A stretch of 64,000 nt of DNA from Squalus acanthias (GCA_030390025.1 CM059432.1:16804001-16868000); one strand, 5' to 3'; shown: positions 37,453 through 50,603, counted from the first letter of the stretch. Notes: generated from the sequence alone by a model not told the origin. Program-made: numbers and translations.

Positions 37453-38889
37453 ATTTACCATGAAGACACAATCCTTCAAGAGCATGATCGGATTTTTCTT
37501 GGCATATCTGTATTTTTCCTTTGCATGCTCACAAAACGGAATATGGAAAAATAAATTATTTTGCTAAATAGTAAATAAATACTATAGTTATCCCACTGTT
37601 CTTTGTGAGCTCCAAAGTGTCACTAGTCCAAGCATGGATTATTATTAGCTCGGTATGCCTAGTAGTTTAGTTCAATTCCCATGAAAGCTTCACATACACG
37701 ATTCTGGTTCACAACTCTTCTAATGTCCCAGTTTTGAAATCACTGCAACGTGCTAACAGGCTATTAATGGAATGCCACGACAAAGTCACTCTCATGTCTG
37801 AGTTTTCTTATTCACTTCCCATATACAGAAGCTACAGAAAGTCTTGCACAGAAGCTGTAACAGTATCTGGTAAACTGCATAACGAAGCATCAACCAGATT
37901 TCTTGCGCATTACGATTTTAGCAGGATCTTCCAATTTTACAAGTTAATTCTGAAGGTGACTCACTGTTTCAACTTTGGGGCGGCATTCCCAATTTTGCAG
38001 TATTTCAGATTTGCTGCATTCACTATACAATGGCCATCTACTCAGAAATACACTGATATTTTGGACTATTTAATTCGTTCACAACAATCACCCATTCCTT
38101 TTAAATGGGATTCACAGCTATTCAGTTCATACATGTTGTTTTCTTTTTAAATTATGAATTATTTTGTGTTGATATTTAGTCTGGTTCTTTTCTATAACGT
38201 TTATATTTTCAGATTGTTAAGTCAGAGCCAAATTCCGTGGCAGTTTCAATGTGATTGGTCATCCAGACAGACAGTGTGCTGACTAATTGTCAGAGTGAAA
38301 TAAAATTAAGCGTAGCATTAAAACAGTTGAAACTAGAGACAGATGCAGAGAGTAAAGGTCACACACTGCAAAATGTAATATGTTCATGCAAGTTATATCT
38401 CATGCTTTGAGACTCCCAGGGAATAATTGTGCAAAAGCTACCTGCACATATACCCAACTACAATCAAGTCAAACAACAGGTGAACTGTTGCCTACTTATA
38501 TCACCTTATGAATCAGCCAAGATAACTGTGTTGAGAGGAATCACGTATAACAGCTGGGCTGTCAGCTAGTTGTACGGTACTCAGCATAGGAACAGCAGTG
38601 GGCCATTCGGTCCCTCGAGCCCATTCAATCATTATGGCTGATCCTCAGCTAAAAAGATAATCATTTGTTCAAAAAAATTAATAAAACAGCTCTACCGCTC
38701 ACCAGATCAGTTACTTCATTATCGGTTTTGGTGAATGTTGATCTTGATGGTTATGAGTAATACATTAGATTTACAATGGAAAGTGTATAAAACTGAAAAT
38801 GAGTGCAACAAAACAGATTTTGCATTAGTGATGCAAAACCACGGACCAGGAATGGCAATGAGGGTGCTACAATTGGACAAAACAGTACT

Positions 38890-40301
38890 TAAAAGAGAGC
38901 AGGACCCAAGGACAGCATGGACCTGGAAGGAGTCAGCAGCAGATTATAAAGAGAGTGGGACCCGAGGACAGCATGCACCAGGAAAGAATTGGCAGCAGAG
39001 GCGGCAGAGAATGGGCGCACGGTGGCATAGTGGTTAGCACTGGTGCCTCACAGCGCCAGGGACCCGGGTTCGAATCCGGCCTCGGGTGACTGTCTGTGTG
39101 GAGTTTGCACATTCTCCCCGTGTCTGCGTGGGTTTCCTCCGGGTGCTCCGGTTTCCTCCCACAGTCCAAAAATGTGCGGGTTAGGTTGATTTGGCTATGA
39201 TAAATTGACCCTTAGTGTTAGGGGGGGATTAAATATGTGGGGTTACGGGGATAGGATGGGATATGTAAGGGGGAATTAAATACGTGGGGTTACGGGTATA
39301 GGGTGGGATATGTGTCGGTGCAGGCTCGATGGGGATTCTGTGTGGGAAAGCAGGGACAGGGTACTGGATTTGGATGATCAGCCATGATCGTATTGAATGG
39401 TGGAGCAGGCTCGACGGGCCGAATGGCCTACTCCTGCTCCTAGTTTCTATGTATAAAGAGAGCGTGACCAGAGGACAGCACAGACCTGGAAGGAGTCGGC
39501 AGAGAATAAAGAGAGCGTGACCCGAGGACAGCACAGACCTGGAAGGAGTCGGCAGAGAATAAAGAGAGAGGGACCAGAGGACAGCACAGACCTGGAAGGA
39601 GTCGGCAGCAGAGGCGGCAGAGAATAAAGAGAGCGGGACCAGAGGACAGCGCGGACCTGGAAGGAGTCAGCAGAGAATAAGGAGAGAGGGACCAGAGGAC
39701 AGCACAGACCTGGAAGGAGTCGGCAGCAGAGGCGGCAGAGAATAAAGAGAGCGGGACCAGAGGACAGCACGGACCAGGAAAGAATTGGCAGCAGAGGCGG
39801 CAGAGAATAGAGAGCGCGGGACCCGAGGACAGCACAGACCTGGAATGAGGCGGCAGCAGAGGCGGCAGAGAATAGAGAGAGTGGGACCCGAGGACAGCAC
39901 AGACCTGGAATGAGGCGGCAGCAGAGGCGGCAGAGAATAGAGAGAGCGGGACCCGAGGACAGCACAGACCTGGAATGAGGTGGCAGCAGAGGCGGCAGAG
40001 AATAGAGAGAGCGGGACCCGAGGACAGCACAGACCTGGAATGAGGCGGCAGCAGAGAATAGAGAGAGCGGGACCCGAGGACAGCACAGACCTGGAATGAG
40101 GCGGCAGCAGAGGCAGCAGAGAATAGAGAGAGCGGGACCCGAGGACAGCACAGACCTGGAATGAGGCGGCAGCAGAGGCGGCAGAGAATAGAGAGAGCGG
40201 GACCCGAGGACAGCACAGACCTGGAATGAGGCGGCAGCAGAGGCGGCAGAGAATAGAGAGAGTGGGACCCGAGGACAGCGTGGACCTGGAATGAGGCGGC
40301 A
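38890..40301 (+). repeat. Tandem array of about 16 monomers of 54-65 bp, abutting a CR1 5-prime end
   Basis: Unit AATAGAGAGAGYGGGACCCGAGGACAGCACAGACCTGGAATGAGGCGGCAGCAGAGGCGGCAGAG, 65-nt period at 39871/39936. Two units lie before the SINE insertion and about 14 after. Confidence 0.95.
39013..39452 (+). mobile_element. V-SINE (HE1-type)
   Basis: tRNA head (GGTGGCATAGTGGTTAGC, GGTTCGAATCC), V-domain GTGTGGAGTTTGCACATTCTCCCCGTGTCTGCGTGGGTTTCCTCCGGGTGCTCCGGTTTCCTCCCAC and CR1/HER1-derived tail GATCAGCCATGATC...CCTACTCCTGCTCC. Confidence 0.92.
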
Positions 40302-41815
40302 GTACAAATCCGGCAAATTCCAAAAAAACAAAGTGATGTCACAGGACAGCAGGTAGGTGATTGGTGGGTGAGTATTAACTTTTTTTTCTCTAACTTAACT
40401 AGATAAACTAATTAAAATAACTATAAATAATCGTTTGAATAAAGACTTTAACTAAGAGAGCGAGAGAAGTGGCCAGAGATAAAGGTAGGCCCAACTTTTA
40501 AGAATCTAAGTCTTAAGTTTATTTCTGTAAGTTAGCTAATAGTCTATTAAATAGAGGCATGACAGGGCACCTCAGCCCCGTGGAATGCACATCTTGTGCC
40601 ATGCGGGAACTCCAGGATGCTTCCCGTGTCCTGGATGATTACATGTGCAGGAAGTGTCATCAACCGGAGGAGCTCGAGCTCCGGGGTTTCAGCAGCTGGC
40701 ATCACTGCAGTGCATCCGTGAGGCTAAGAGCTTCATGGAGTTTTCAGGAGGTGGTCACCTCGCAGCTTAAGAGTGTGCAGGCAGAGAGGGAATGGGTGAC
40801 CGTCAGACAGACAAGGAGGACCAAGCAGGAAATCCACGAGTCCAACTACTGGTGAGGGCGATGGTTCCTCTGGGGAGTACAGCCAGAGCCAAGTTCACGG
40901 CACCATGGGTGGCTCTGCTGTACGGGAAAGGGGGGGGGGGGGGGGGAGGAGGAAGATCGGGAAAGCAATAGTGGTAGGGGATTTGATAGTTAGGGGAACA
41001 GAGAGGCGGTTCTGCGGCCGCAGACGTGATTCCAGGATGGTATGTTGCCTCCCTGGTGCCAGGGTCAAGGATGTCACTGAACGGCTGCAGAACATTTCGA
41101 GGGGGGGAGGCTGAACAGCCAGAGGTCGTTATCCATATCAGTATCAACGACAGAGGGGAAAAAGGGATGAGGTCCTGCAGGCAGATTTTATGGAGCTAGG
41201 AAAGAAATTAAAAAGCAGGACCTCAAAAGGTAGTAATCTCTGGATTACTCCCGGTGCCACGAGCTAGTGAGTATAGAAATAGGAGGACAGAGCAGATGAA
41301 TGCATTGCTGGAGAGATGGTGCGGGAGGGTTTTAGATTACTGGCTGGACGTAGCAATAGAAGGGAGAAAAAAAGTGCACAAAGGATTGGGCGAGACAGAT
41401 AGCACTAGAGTAAGAAATAGTAAGGTATTAGGTGGGGTCAGACTAAGAGAGAATACAAGAAGGTCTAAGATAGGTTTACAGTGCATGTGTGTAAATGCAC
41501 AAAGCGTGGTAAATAAGGTTGGTAAACTGCAGGCACAAATAGCCACATGAGACTATGATATCGTGGTGATAACAGAGACCTGGCTCAAAAAAGGGTCGGA
41601 TTGGGTATTAAATATTCCTGGATATAAGGTGTTCAGGATAGATAAGGAAGGAAAGAAAGGAGGCAGTATTGGTTAAGGAGAATGTTACAGTGCTGGAGAG
41701 AGAGGATGTCCTGGAGGGGTCAAGGACAGAATCTATTTGGTTAGAGTTAAGAAATAATGGAGGAGCCATTACATTACTAGGTGTATTCTATAGGCCACCA
41801 ACTAGTGGGAAGGAT
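40302..41815 (+). mobile_element. CR1 LINE 5-prime part: 5-prime UTR, ORF1 (zinc finger + SGNH esterase-like) and start of the ORF2 endonuclease
   Basis: ORF1 from 40559 with CTSC...CRKC, IVVGDLIVRG and VCCLPGARV. Endonuclease VNAQSVVNK, ITETWL and FYRPP. Ends at a DeuSINE. Confidence 0.88.
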
Positions 41816-41817
41816 CT

Positions 41818-42087
41818 ATTGGTTGAGGGATAAATATTGGCCAGGACATCAGGGAGAACTACTGTTCTTCAAAATAGTGCCTTAGGATCTTTTACGTTCA
41901 CCTGAGGGGGCAGACTTGGCCTCGGTTTAACGTCTCATCCGAAAGACAGCACTTCCAACAGTGCCGCACTCCCTCAGTACTGCACACTGAAGTGTCAGCC
42001 TAGATTTTGTACACAAGCCTCTGGAGTGGGACTTGAATCACAATCTTTTGATTCAAGAGGCGGTAGCCCAACCACTGAGCCACGGCT
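41818..42087 (-). mobile_element. DeuSINE 5-prime half
   Basis: Collinear with 10785-11300. Confidence 0.8.
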
Positions 42088-43029
42088 TTGCAGGATGATT
42101 AATTTTTCTGCACAAGGTCAAGTACAATGTCGCCTGTCTATATACCTGTACTTCAGTTATTTAAGAGAAACATGACGTTTTCACATTAATGTATTTTTCT
42201 CCTCTTCTCCTGTAGTTGGATAAATTAGATTTATGCACAAAATAATGCGTAATGAATAACAAAGGAAGTTTCAGAATTTCTGGATGTTGAAGGAGAAAAA
42301 CCTACCAATAAATTGAATCAGACAGTGACCAAATGGAAAGTTTTTGTTCAATTTGAATTCCTTTTGCGCTGATTTATTAAGAGATAGGGAGGGAGGAAAT
42401 CGCACAGAACAAACTCAGAAAGGAGCAAATACATGGCTAAAGGACATTCTCCCCAACTAAAGATAAAATACCCAGCCCTTTTCAATATCCTTGTTGACTG
42501 GGAAACGATTTGCTAACTGAGCTCCAACTCCCACTGCTGCTCAAGTCTGAACTCACCTCAGAATTCTACTTTAAAAGAATTTGGTGTTCAAAATCAAATC
42601 CCAAAATGCATGTGCATCACACTAATGACATCATGCACACTGCACAAATGTACTCACACAATGTCCGCAATGATGTCAAGAATGCGTGCGGATCTCAGGA
42701 GCTCATTTTCAGCCTGAAGACCAGAGAGAATTTGTTAACAGCAAAATCTGGACAGAATTCTTCACCAATCTGCATCCTCAAACGATCTGGCAATTTATGG
42801 TGGAGACCAGTGAAAACAGATTTTAATAATGTGTAGATATATAGACGACTGCTACATTGACTCATTCTGCTTACTGATTCACCAAAAAGGCGTCGATTAA
42901 ATTTGTACTAAATCCTCATTTTTTTTTTAAAAAGGGGAGAAGGAGGCTCACCACCACCTTCTCAAGGGCAATAAATGCTGGCCTTGCCAGCGACGCCCAG
43001 ATCTCATGAACGAATAATAAAAAAAAACC

Positions 43030-44403
43030 TGGCCAGTCAGTTTAACGTCGGTGGCGGGGAAGCTTTTAGAAACAATAATCCGTGAGAAAATTAATAGCCA
43101 CCTGGATAAGCATGGACTAATAAAGGAGAGCCAGCACGGATTTGTTAAGGGCAAATCGTGTTTGACTAAATTGATTGAGCTTTTTGATGAGGTAAAAGAG
43201 AGGGTGGATGAGGGCAGTGCGGTTGATGATGTGCAGAAGGACTTCTGAAAGGCGTCTGATAAAGAACCACATATTAGGTTTCTTAGAAAAATTGAAGCCT
43301 ATGGGATAATAGGGGCAGGAGCAGCATGGATACAAAATTGGCTTAGGGATAGAAAACAGAGTTGTGGTGAATTGCTGTTTTTCAGACTGAACGGTGGCTT
43401 ACAGTGGCAGTCCCCAAGCTTCAGTACTAGGACCACTGCTGTTTGTGCTATACATTTATGACTTAGACTTGGGGCTACAGGGCACAATTTCAAAATTTGC
43501 AGATGACAGATCAAACTTGGAAGTGTAGTAAACACTGAGAAAGTTAGTAATAGACTTCAAGGCGGCATAAACAGGTGGACTGGATGGATACATGGCAGAT
43601 GAAATTCAACACAGAAAAGTGTGAGGTGATACATTTTGGTAAGAAGAATGAGGAGAGACAATACATACTAAATGGTACCATTTTAAAGGGGGTACAAGAA
43701 GAGAGAGACCTGGGGTGTTAGTGCATAAATCTTTGAAGGTGGCAGGGCAGGTTAACAAAGCATTTAATAAAGCATATGGGGTTTATAAATAGAGGCATAT
43801 CGTACAGAAGGCAAGTAGTTATGCTAAACCTATATAACACATGATTTCGGCCCCAGCTGGAATATCGTGTCCAATTCTGGGCACCACACTTTAGGAAGGA
43901 CGTGAAGGCATTGGAGAGGGATAGAAGAGATTTACTAGAATGGTTCTAGGGATGAGGGATTACAGTTACGTGGATAGACTGGAGAAGCTGGGGTTATTTG
44001 CATTAGAGCCAAGAAGGCTAAGAGGAGATTTGATAGAGGTGTTTAAAATCATGAAGGGTTTTGATAGAGCAAATAAAGAGAAACTGTTTCCAATGGCTGA
44101 AGGGTCGATAACCAGAGGGCACCGATTTACGGTGATGGGCAAAAGAACCAGAGGTGACATGAGGAAAAACTTTATTGCGCAACGAGTGGTTAGGATTTGG
44201 AATGCACTGCCTGATACGGTGGTGGAAACAGATTCAATAGGAAGCTTCTAAAGGGAATTGGATAAATACTTGGGGGAGAAAATGCAGGGATGGGGAGAGA
44301 GTGGGGGAGTGGGACTAACTGAATTGCTCTTCAAAAGAGCTGGTGTAGACTCGATGGGCCGACTGGCCTCCTCCTGTGTTGTACAATTCTATGAATCTAT
44401 GAT
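43030..44403 (+). mobile_element. CR1 LINE RT/3-prime fragment
   Basis: QHGFVKGKSCLT, FADD and RLRGDLIEVFKIM motifs, with a (TTCTATGA)-type tail. Confidence 0.9.
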
Positions 44404-44851
44404 TACAACATCCATGCCATATTATGTATTTTTGAATGATGCGCTAACAATATTCCTGAGCATTTACTGCTGCTGAAGCCAGGTAGCTTCTGTAAAATCT
44501 TAATTAGATTTCTTCCCCTTTCTTCACTCTACTTCTACCAAATCAATGCACAATACCATGATCAAGATGGAATGCTAGTATTCTGCTCCCAAGCCTCTTG
44601 GAACACCATTGTTGATTGGACTATCGGGAGATGCACAAGATACTTAATGTACTTTCTTATTTATTTATAATTACGGTACTTTATGCCCTCTCCAAAGATT
44701 TTTCTTAATACTTTTTGCACCAACATTTTAGAATGGAATGTTCCCAGTATCTTTCACCAAAAATACAGTAGAGCCAATTAAAAAAATTATCTTAATGACT
44801 ATTTTCATTTTGAAACAAGAAAAAACACAAGTATATTTTCCTACAATTTAT

Positions 44852-45423
44852 CATAGAATCATAGAAAGTTACAGCACGGAAGAGGCCATTTCGGCCCATC
44901 GTGTCTGCGCTGGCCAACAAAGAGCTATCCAGCCTAATCCCACTTCCTAGCTCTTGGTCCGTAGCCCTGCAGGTTAGAGCATCCCAAGTGCACATCCAAG
45001 TACTTTTTAAATGTGGTTAGGGTTCCTGCCTCTACCACCCTTTCAGGCAGTGAGTTCCAGAGCCCCACAACCTCCTGGGTGAAGAAATGTCCCCTCAAAT
45101 CCCCTCTAAACCTTCCCCCAATTCCTTGAAATCTGTGCCCCCTGGTTTTTGACCCCTCTGCCAAGGGAAATAGGTCCTTTCTATCCACTTTATCTATGCC
45201 CCTCATAATTTTATACACCTCAATAAGGTCTCCCCTCAGCCTCCTCTGTTCCAAGGAAAACAGACCCACCCTATCCAGTCTTTCCTCATAGCTAAGGTTC
45301 TCTACTTCCGGCAACATCCTTGTAAATCTCCTCTGTACCCTCTCTAGTGCAATCACAAATTTCCTGTAATGTGGTGACCAGAACTGCACACAGTACTCTA
45401 GCTGAGGCCTAACTAGTGTTTTC
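44852..45423 (-). mobile_element. CR1 3-prime fragment with an intact frame
   Basis: 163-aa ORF LVRPQLEYCVQFWSP...; CATAGAATCATAGAA tail. Confidence 0.92.
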
Positions 45424-46099
45424 ATTTATTCCCCCAATTTCCCCTTGTGCCCCTCTGCCATGCCTCCTTGTGCCAAGAAAGCAAGCAACCAGTTGGCATG
45501 TTTCACCAATACCTCTATTTACCCAGTTGTTAGGGTGCTAAGAAGCAAGTGACACAGCGATAGCGTTCCCCACGATTCCCACTCCTACAGCATCATGAGA
45601 ATAAGCTTGGCTCCTGCTTGCATTCCATCTCACAGCACACAGCATTGGAAAAACAGCAGAAAGAGGGATCAAAACTAAATTCCACCACATAATTCGGTTA
45701 CACGCTTGTACTGAAATTAACTGCGGTACTTAAACGCTTCAGTTTGTTCCTTATATTTCACTCTGCATCTATTTATCTAAAATGATCAACTATCTCGAAC
45801 TTCCCTGCCAAACATGCAATTTCTCGCCAGCTATTTATTCCTCAAATATTATTCACCTCGTCAAGTGCCTACCTCACAACACTATTACTGACTGTTACTC
45901 AACAAAAAAAAAATTGCATTTTTGAAATATTATAGCAGGCAATCAATAAAAACTAAAATAAACAAAACTTATTGTTGAAAAGTTCTTAATTCCAAATATC
46001 TTCAGAGCTGAGAACTTTCAGATCAACAAGATTTTATTGCAATGGATCAGAATATTGAGTCATGAAAACCACCAGCTAACTTTGTAATTAATAAATATC

Positions 46100-46865
46100 G
46101 TGCCAGAATTTGCTGCAGCAGGGTATTTTGCAGCATGCCCAGCTAGTTAGATTTTTTTCCCTGCACCCGACAGCTCAAAAATTTTTGCCCTGCAAGTTGT
46201 TGGAAGTGCGAGCTGATAACGGCGTGGTGAGGGCAACAGGGCATCTGGGACCTTGATGAATGACAGGACCAACAGGGTATCTCCTTAACCAATGGATTTA
46301 AGGATTGAGAAATAAACAGAGGAAGAACTGAGAAGGAGGGTGAATTAGAGTGGGTGAATTCAAAGTCAAATCAAGTACAGAAAGAGAAATAAAGCAAGGA
46401 AAAAACTGGATTGGAGAAAAAGGAGACAGAAAGGAAAAGAAAAAAATTGACTTTAAAATTTGACATTTTTAAAATCTCCAACAACATTTCACTACCTTAA
46501 GGAATGAGACACCACAGTTTAAATAGTTCACTTTCAGGGCCAGAGATGTTGGTTGGCAATCATTAACATAATCACGTCATTAAAAGGGTACCGGCGATTT
46601 AAATTACTGGACTTAACTTTCTGTGGCCAGTTTAATGGGCAATTCATGCGCAAATGCAGCTACTTCATGATATTCACAGGGAGGTTAAGTGTGAGATGCC
46701 GTTTTTGTGAAGCTGGCGGCACTAGGGGTGCAAATCGTCCAGCAACTTGTGGCGATTTGCAATTCATAGGGGATCCCTTCCTCACCACAAGCTGCTGAGC
46801 ATTTTGCACATTAATAATGGCTTGCGTCATTTACACACTGTTATTTTTTCAGCAAATTGCGGCCA
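46100..46865. mobile_element. Non-autonomous DNA transposon (MITE-like)
   Basis: Imperfect TIRs GTGCCAGAATTTGCTG / CAGCAAATTGCGGCCA. Body shared with 9420-9732. Confidence 0.6.
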
Positions 46866-47099
46866 ATTGTTTTTCAACTAAAATGACTGAACAAAAGGAA
46901 AGAAAGCCACGCAGTATTTTCTTTCCATACTGCTGTTGGGAAAGCATGTGTGAATTAGTTCAGCTACTGAAAACCAGTGACAGTAGCTCTGTGTAGAGAT
47001 TAAATTAGTCAATCTCCTGTGGCATTCAACACGGGTAGTGAAGGTCAAATTGAATTTTTCAGGTCAAGTGGAGTTCGAGGATGGGAGGATAATGGAACA

Positions 47100-47345
47100 A
47101 TGTGGGGAGCGTTGAGGGAGCGGGAGGGCGGACGGGGCAGCGGGAGGGCGGACGGGGGAGCGGGAGGGCGGGAAAGAGAGAAGGGAAAGAGAAGGGAAAG
47201 AGGAAGAGAGAGAGAAATGGAAAGAGAAGGGTAAGGAAGGGAAGAAGAAGGGAGATCAAAGAGGTATGGAGTGAGGTGGGGAAGAGGAAGGGAATGATGA
47301 GGAAGATCAGCAGAGATAGGGGGATTGAGGCACGGGGAGGAGAAA
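47100..47345 (+). repeat. Purine-rich low-complexity tract
   Basis: Three GCGGGAGGGCGG units followed by GA-rich sequence. Confidence 0.8.
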
Positions 47346-48694
47346 TACAGCCAGTGCAGAGGTGGGGTTTACTAAGTGGGGGGCAACTGCAGCCATTAGG
47401 TTTTTGAGGGAATGGATTAGCAGCCAATGGATAGGTTGAAACTGGAAATGCATCCGAGAGGACAGGTTTAAGTTGCATATAAATACACGTTGTTGTTGCT
47501 GCATCAGTGTGAGGGACGGGCCATTTTTTTTGCATCTGTATTTTTCCCCATCTGGTTTCATTTCTTGCTCAGCTGGAGGTGGGGGCTGTTGATGGCCGAA
47601 ATCTTCCTCGGCAGCGGTGGTGGTTGGGAGATAGAATCGAAGTTTGCCTCAACCGGATGGGATGGGAAGGAGCAATATTAGCTCTGGGAGGGAATGGTTG
47701 AGGGCCTAAATTGTGCTCAGCTGGCAGGCACTGAGTTGTACACTTGGACAGTTCAAGACCTCCCAATAGTATATTTTTTTTAACAAATTAGCTGAGGACC
47801 TACAACAGATGTCAGGCTCAGTGATCTGTAATTTCCAGGACAGGCCTTTTGCCTCTTTTTATAGAAAGATAGATGCTATGTTCCTTTTTCTTATATTTTG
47901 ACTATTACTCTGGTTTCTTTAAAATGATTGACTGACTGATACAAAAAGGGGGAAAAATAAGTCACAGCTAAGATGGAAGCTGATTTTTCATGCCACGGTG
48001 TTCCAAATGATCCATCAGACAACGGAAAAACCATTTGCAACAATTATGACTTCAGTAATATCACTAGCTCACCAAGGAACCCACAATAAAATGGAAAGGA
48101 AGAGAACAGTGATAAAATTGCAAAAGCCAACCTAGAAAAAACGTAAACCCAGCACAGATCCTTGCCTCACTCTTCTTGACTGGTAAAACACACAAGCGAC
48201 ATAGTGGACAGCTCACCAGCTAAAAGTCAATTGGGCAGACAAACCAAGACACTCCTCCGCAAGCCAACTTGGGTAAATGATACAAAAGAGAAGTTATACC
48301 TCAGATAAGCTAGATAGAGCCAATTCTACAATAATGCCAACAAAGAACTTAGCAAAGAGAATTTGTCAGAATTCAGCTGACGGGAAATGGGATGTGGATG
48401 GCAGTCCATGCAATGCAATAGCAAGTGACTATCAGATCCCTCAATGCAAAAATTGAAGATGGAAAGGTGTGCAAAAAAACCTGGAGACAACTGAGAGCGC
48501 GCGCGTGTGTGCAAGAGACAGGGAGAGAGAGAGAGAGAGACAGAGAGCGCAAGGCGTGAGAGAGCACAAAATGGATGGGGAAGAGACAGAGAGAGAGCAT
48601 ATTAACACTAAGAAATTAATATATGCACCAGAGTTATGTTATTTTTAAATTAATTACTGCAGTATTTTTTGTTACTGACAATAAAGGTTATATA

Positions 48695-49065
48695 CAGGAA
48701 ACTGTTGTTTATCCGGCACCCAAATATCCGGAATTCTCGCTTAACCGGCAAAAATCATCCTCCGAAAACTCCTCTCAAATAACCAGCAATGTTGCCGAGT
48801 CGCAGTCGAGTCTCCGCGAACGCCGAGTACTCCGAAAACTCCTCTCAAATAACCGGCAATGTTGCCGATCCCGAGTCCGAGTCCGAGAACGCCGATTTAG
48901 TCAGTAGGGGTAGTTTTCAAAAGTACCCAAATACTGTATACTGCACATTTCTTGATTTATTTATTTTTCTTTGTTAAAAATAGCCTCGGTAGATATAACT
49001 CTCGGTTATCCGGTACTTTCGATAAACCGGCACCACGCCGGTCCCGGTTAATAAAGAGTTTCCTG
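48695..49065. mobile_element. Tc1/mariner-pogo (Tigger-like) MITE
   Basis: TA|CAGGAAACT...AGTTTCCTG|TA. Right end shared with 62835-62908. Confidence 0.8.
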
Positions 49066-49633
49066 TACTAACATTTAAAAAACACACTAAATTGACAAAT
49101 AATCATATCCCTCAATTTTGTTGTTTTTAAATATGAAGTACATAGAAATACATTGACGTTACAACACAAAAGCAGGTCATTTGGTCCAACCAGTCCTTAT
49201 GAAACAAAAATAGCAATTCCTTCAACTGAGCTGGCTCCTTCCACTAGCTACAATTTGCATGCCAAAGCCTTTCTCCAATTTACACGCCAAAGCCTTTCTC
49301 CAATTTACACAATCTTCTCTGGGAGGTGGGTTAGAGTAAACTTAAAGCTTTTAAAACTTCTTTGTGTCATGAAGGTAATCCAGCTAAAAAAAGGATCAAT
49401 CTGTATTTTTCAACCCTGACTAATTGTGCTCTGCAGATATAATTCCTCTGATCCCAACAAGATTGGTACCACATGATCCATACAGTATTTGATCATCTAC
49501 CTCATACTTCCTAACCAAATAGACTGATCCTTTATAAAACAGTTAAAAGACAGAAAATTCAATGCTTTTCTCAATCAGTTAGGTTGTTCTTGTTCTGCCA
49601 TTACAAGTTAAATAACTAGCTTGTTAATATAAT

Positions 49634-50190
49634 GGTCCATACTTTGCAGTCAGCCGCGAAGCAAAGGCGCTCACCGCTGGTCCCTAAGAAAGCTGCCCAG
49701 AGATCCCGCCATCACTGTGGCGAGAAGTTTGCCTTTCTCGACGTGCAATTCATTGTAGCACAGTGTAATGGGAATCTCCAGCGAAGAGCTGCAGTGACGT
49801 CCACAAGCAATCTAAGTAGCCAATCACATTGAAGAATTCTCACAGACAGCAAACCAGGAAATGAAAAGCTGCTTTTATCCTCTTTTTTTTTAAATGTTGG
49901 AGAGCAAAATAAAGATTGGGACTTCCACATGGGGATAAGGTAGAAGCGGAGATATCATGAACAAACTTTAAAAACATTTTCAAAAATTATAATTTTTATC
50001 ATAATGCAGAAATTTGACACTCCACAAATATAAAAATTAGTTTTTCAGGGCCATAACATTTGTTTGGCAGTCAATACACTGTTAAAACCCCAGTTGCACC
50101 TATTCCAACAAGGCTAAACATTTAATGGGGTATTCAACAGCGATATTAGTGTAGAAAAGTCCAAGTGTTCGTCAGTTTCACTGATTACGC
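49634..50190. mobile_element. Reversed copy of the 26489-26959 MITE family
   Basis: GCGAAGCAAAGGCG...AAGAAAGCTG...AGAAGTTTGCC...AGCCAATCAC is the reverse complement of 26740-26959. Right boundary is approximate. Confidence 0.6.
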
Positions 50191-50603
50191 TCCTGTGAAC
50201 CTTTGTTCCCGTAAAAAGTGCCGCCATATACCTAAACCACTCATCTCTGAAAGCATCTTAGTAAATCTTCTGTGCTCCATATCATTGATACCTTTACGAA
50301 AGTAGGGCACCCAAAACTGGACACAATATTATAATTCCAGCCGAAGCAGTGATTTGTATAGGTTTAATGTTGCCTCTTTGCTTTTGTACTCAACGCCCCT
50401 ACTTATAACACCAATTCATGCCCTTCTGAAGTCATTTACAGTCCCCCTTACAGGTAACCACTCTCCCATTTTTGCGTCACCTCAAAATCTTGATAGTACA
50501 CCTTATACCTGAGTCCAAACCATTTCTATATATATTATGAAGAACAATGGTACAAACAAGGACTCTTGGGGAACACACTCTTTACATAACATAAGAAATA
50601 GGA

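Noticed and set aside
39013..39085. tRNA gene-like A/B boxes
   Set aside because: This is the head of the V-SINE and continues into the V-domain. It is not a standalone tRNA.
38890..40301. CRISPR-like regular repeat
   Set aside because: There are no unique spacers and no cas genes, and the context is vertebrate. It is a head-to-tail tandem array.
39440..40342. Three overlapping 218-300 aa minus-strand ORFs
   Set aside because: They are the stop-free reverse strand of the tandem array. All three frames give the same repeating peptides.
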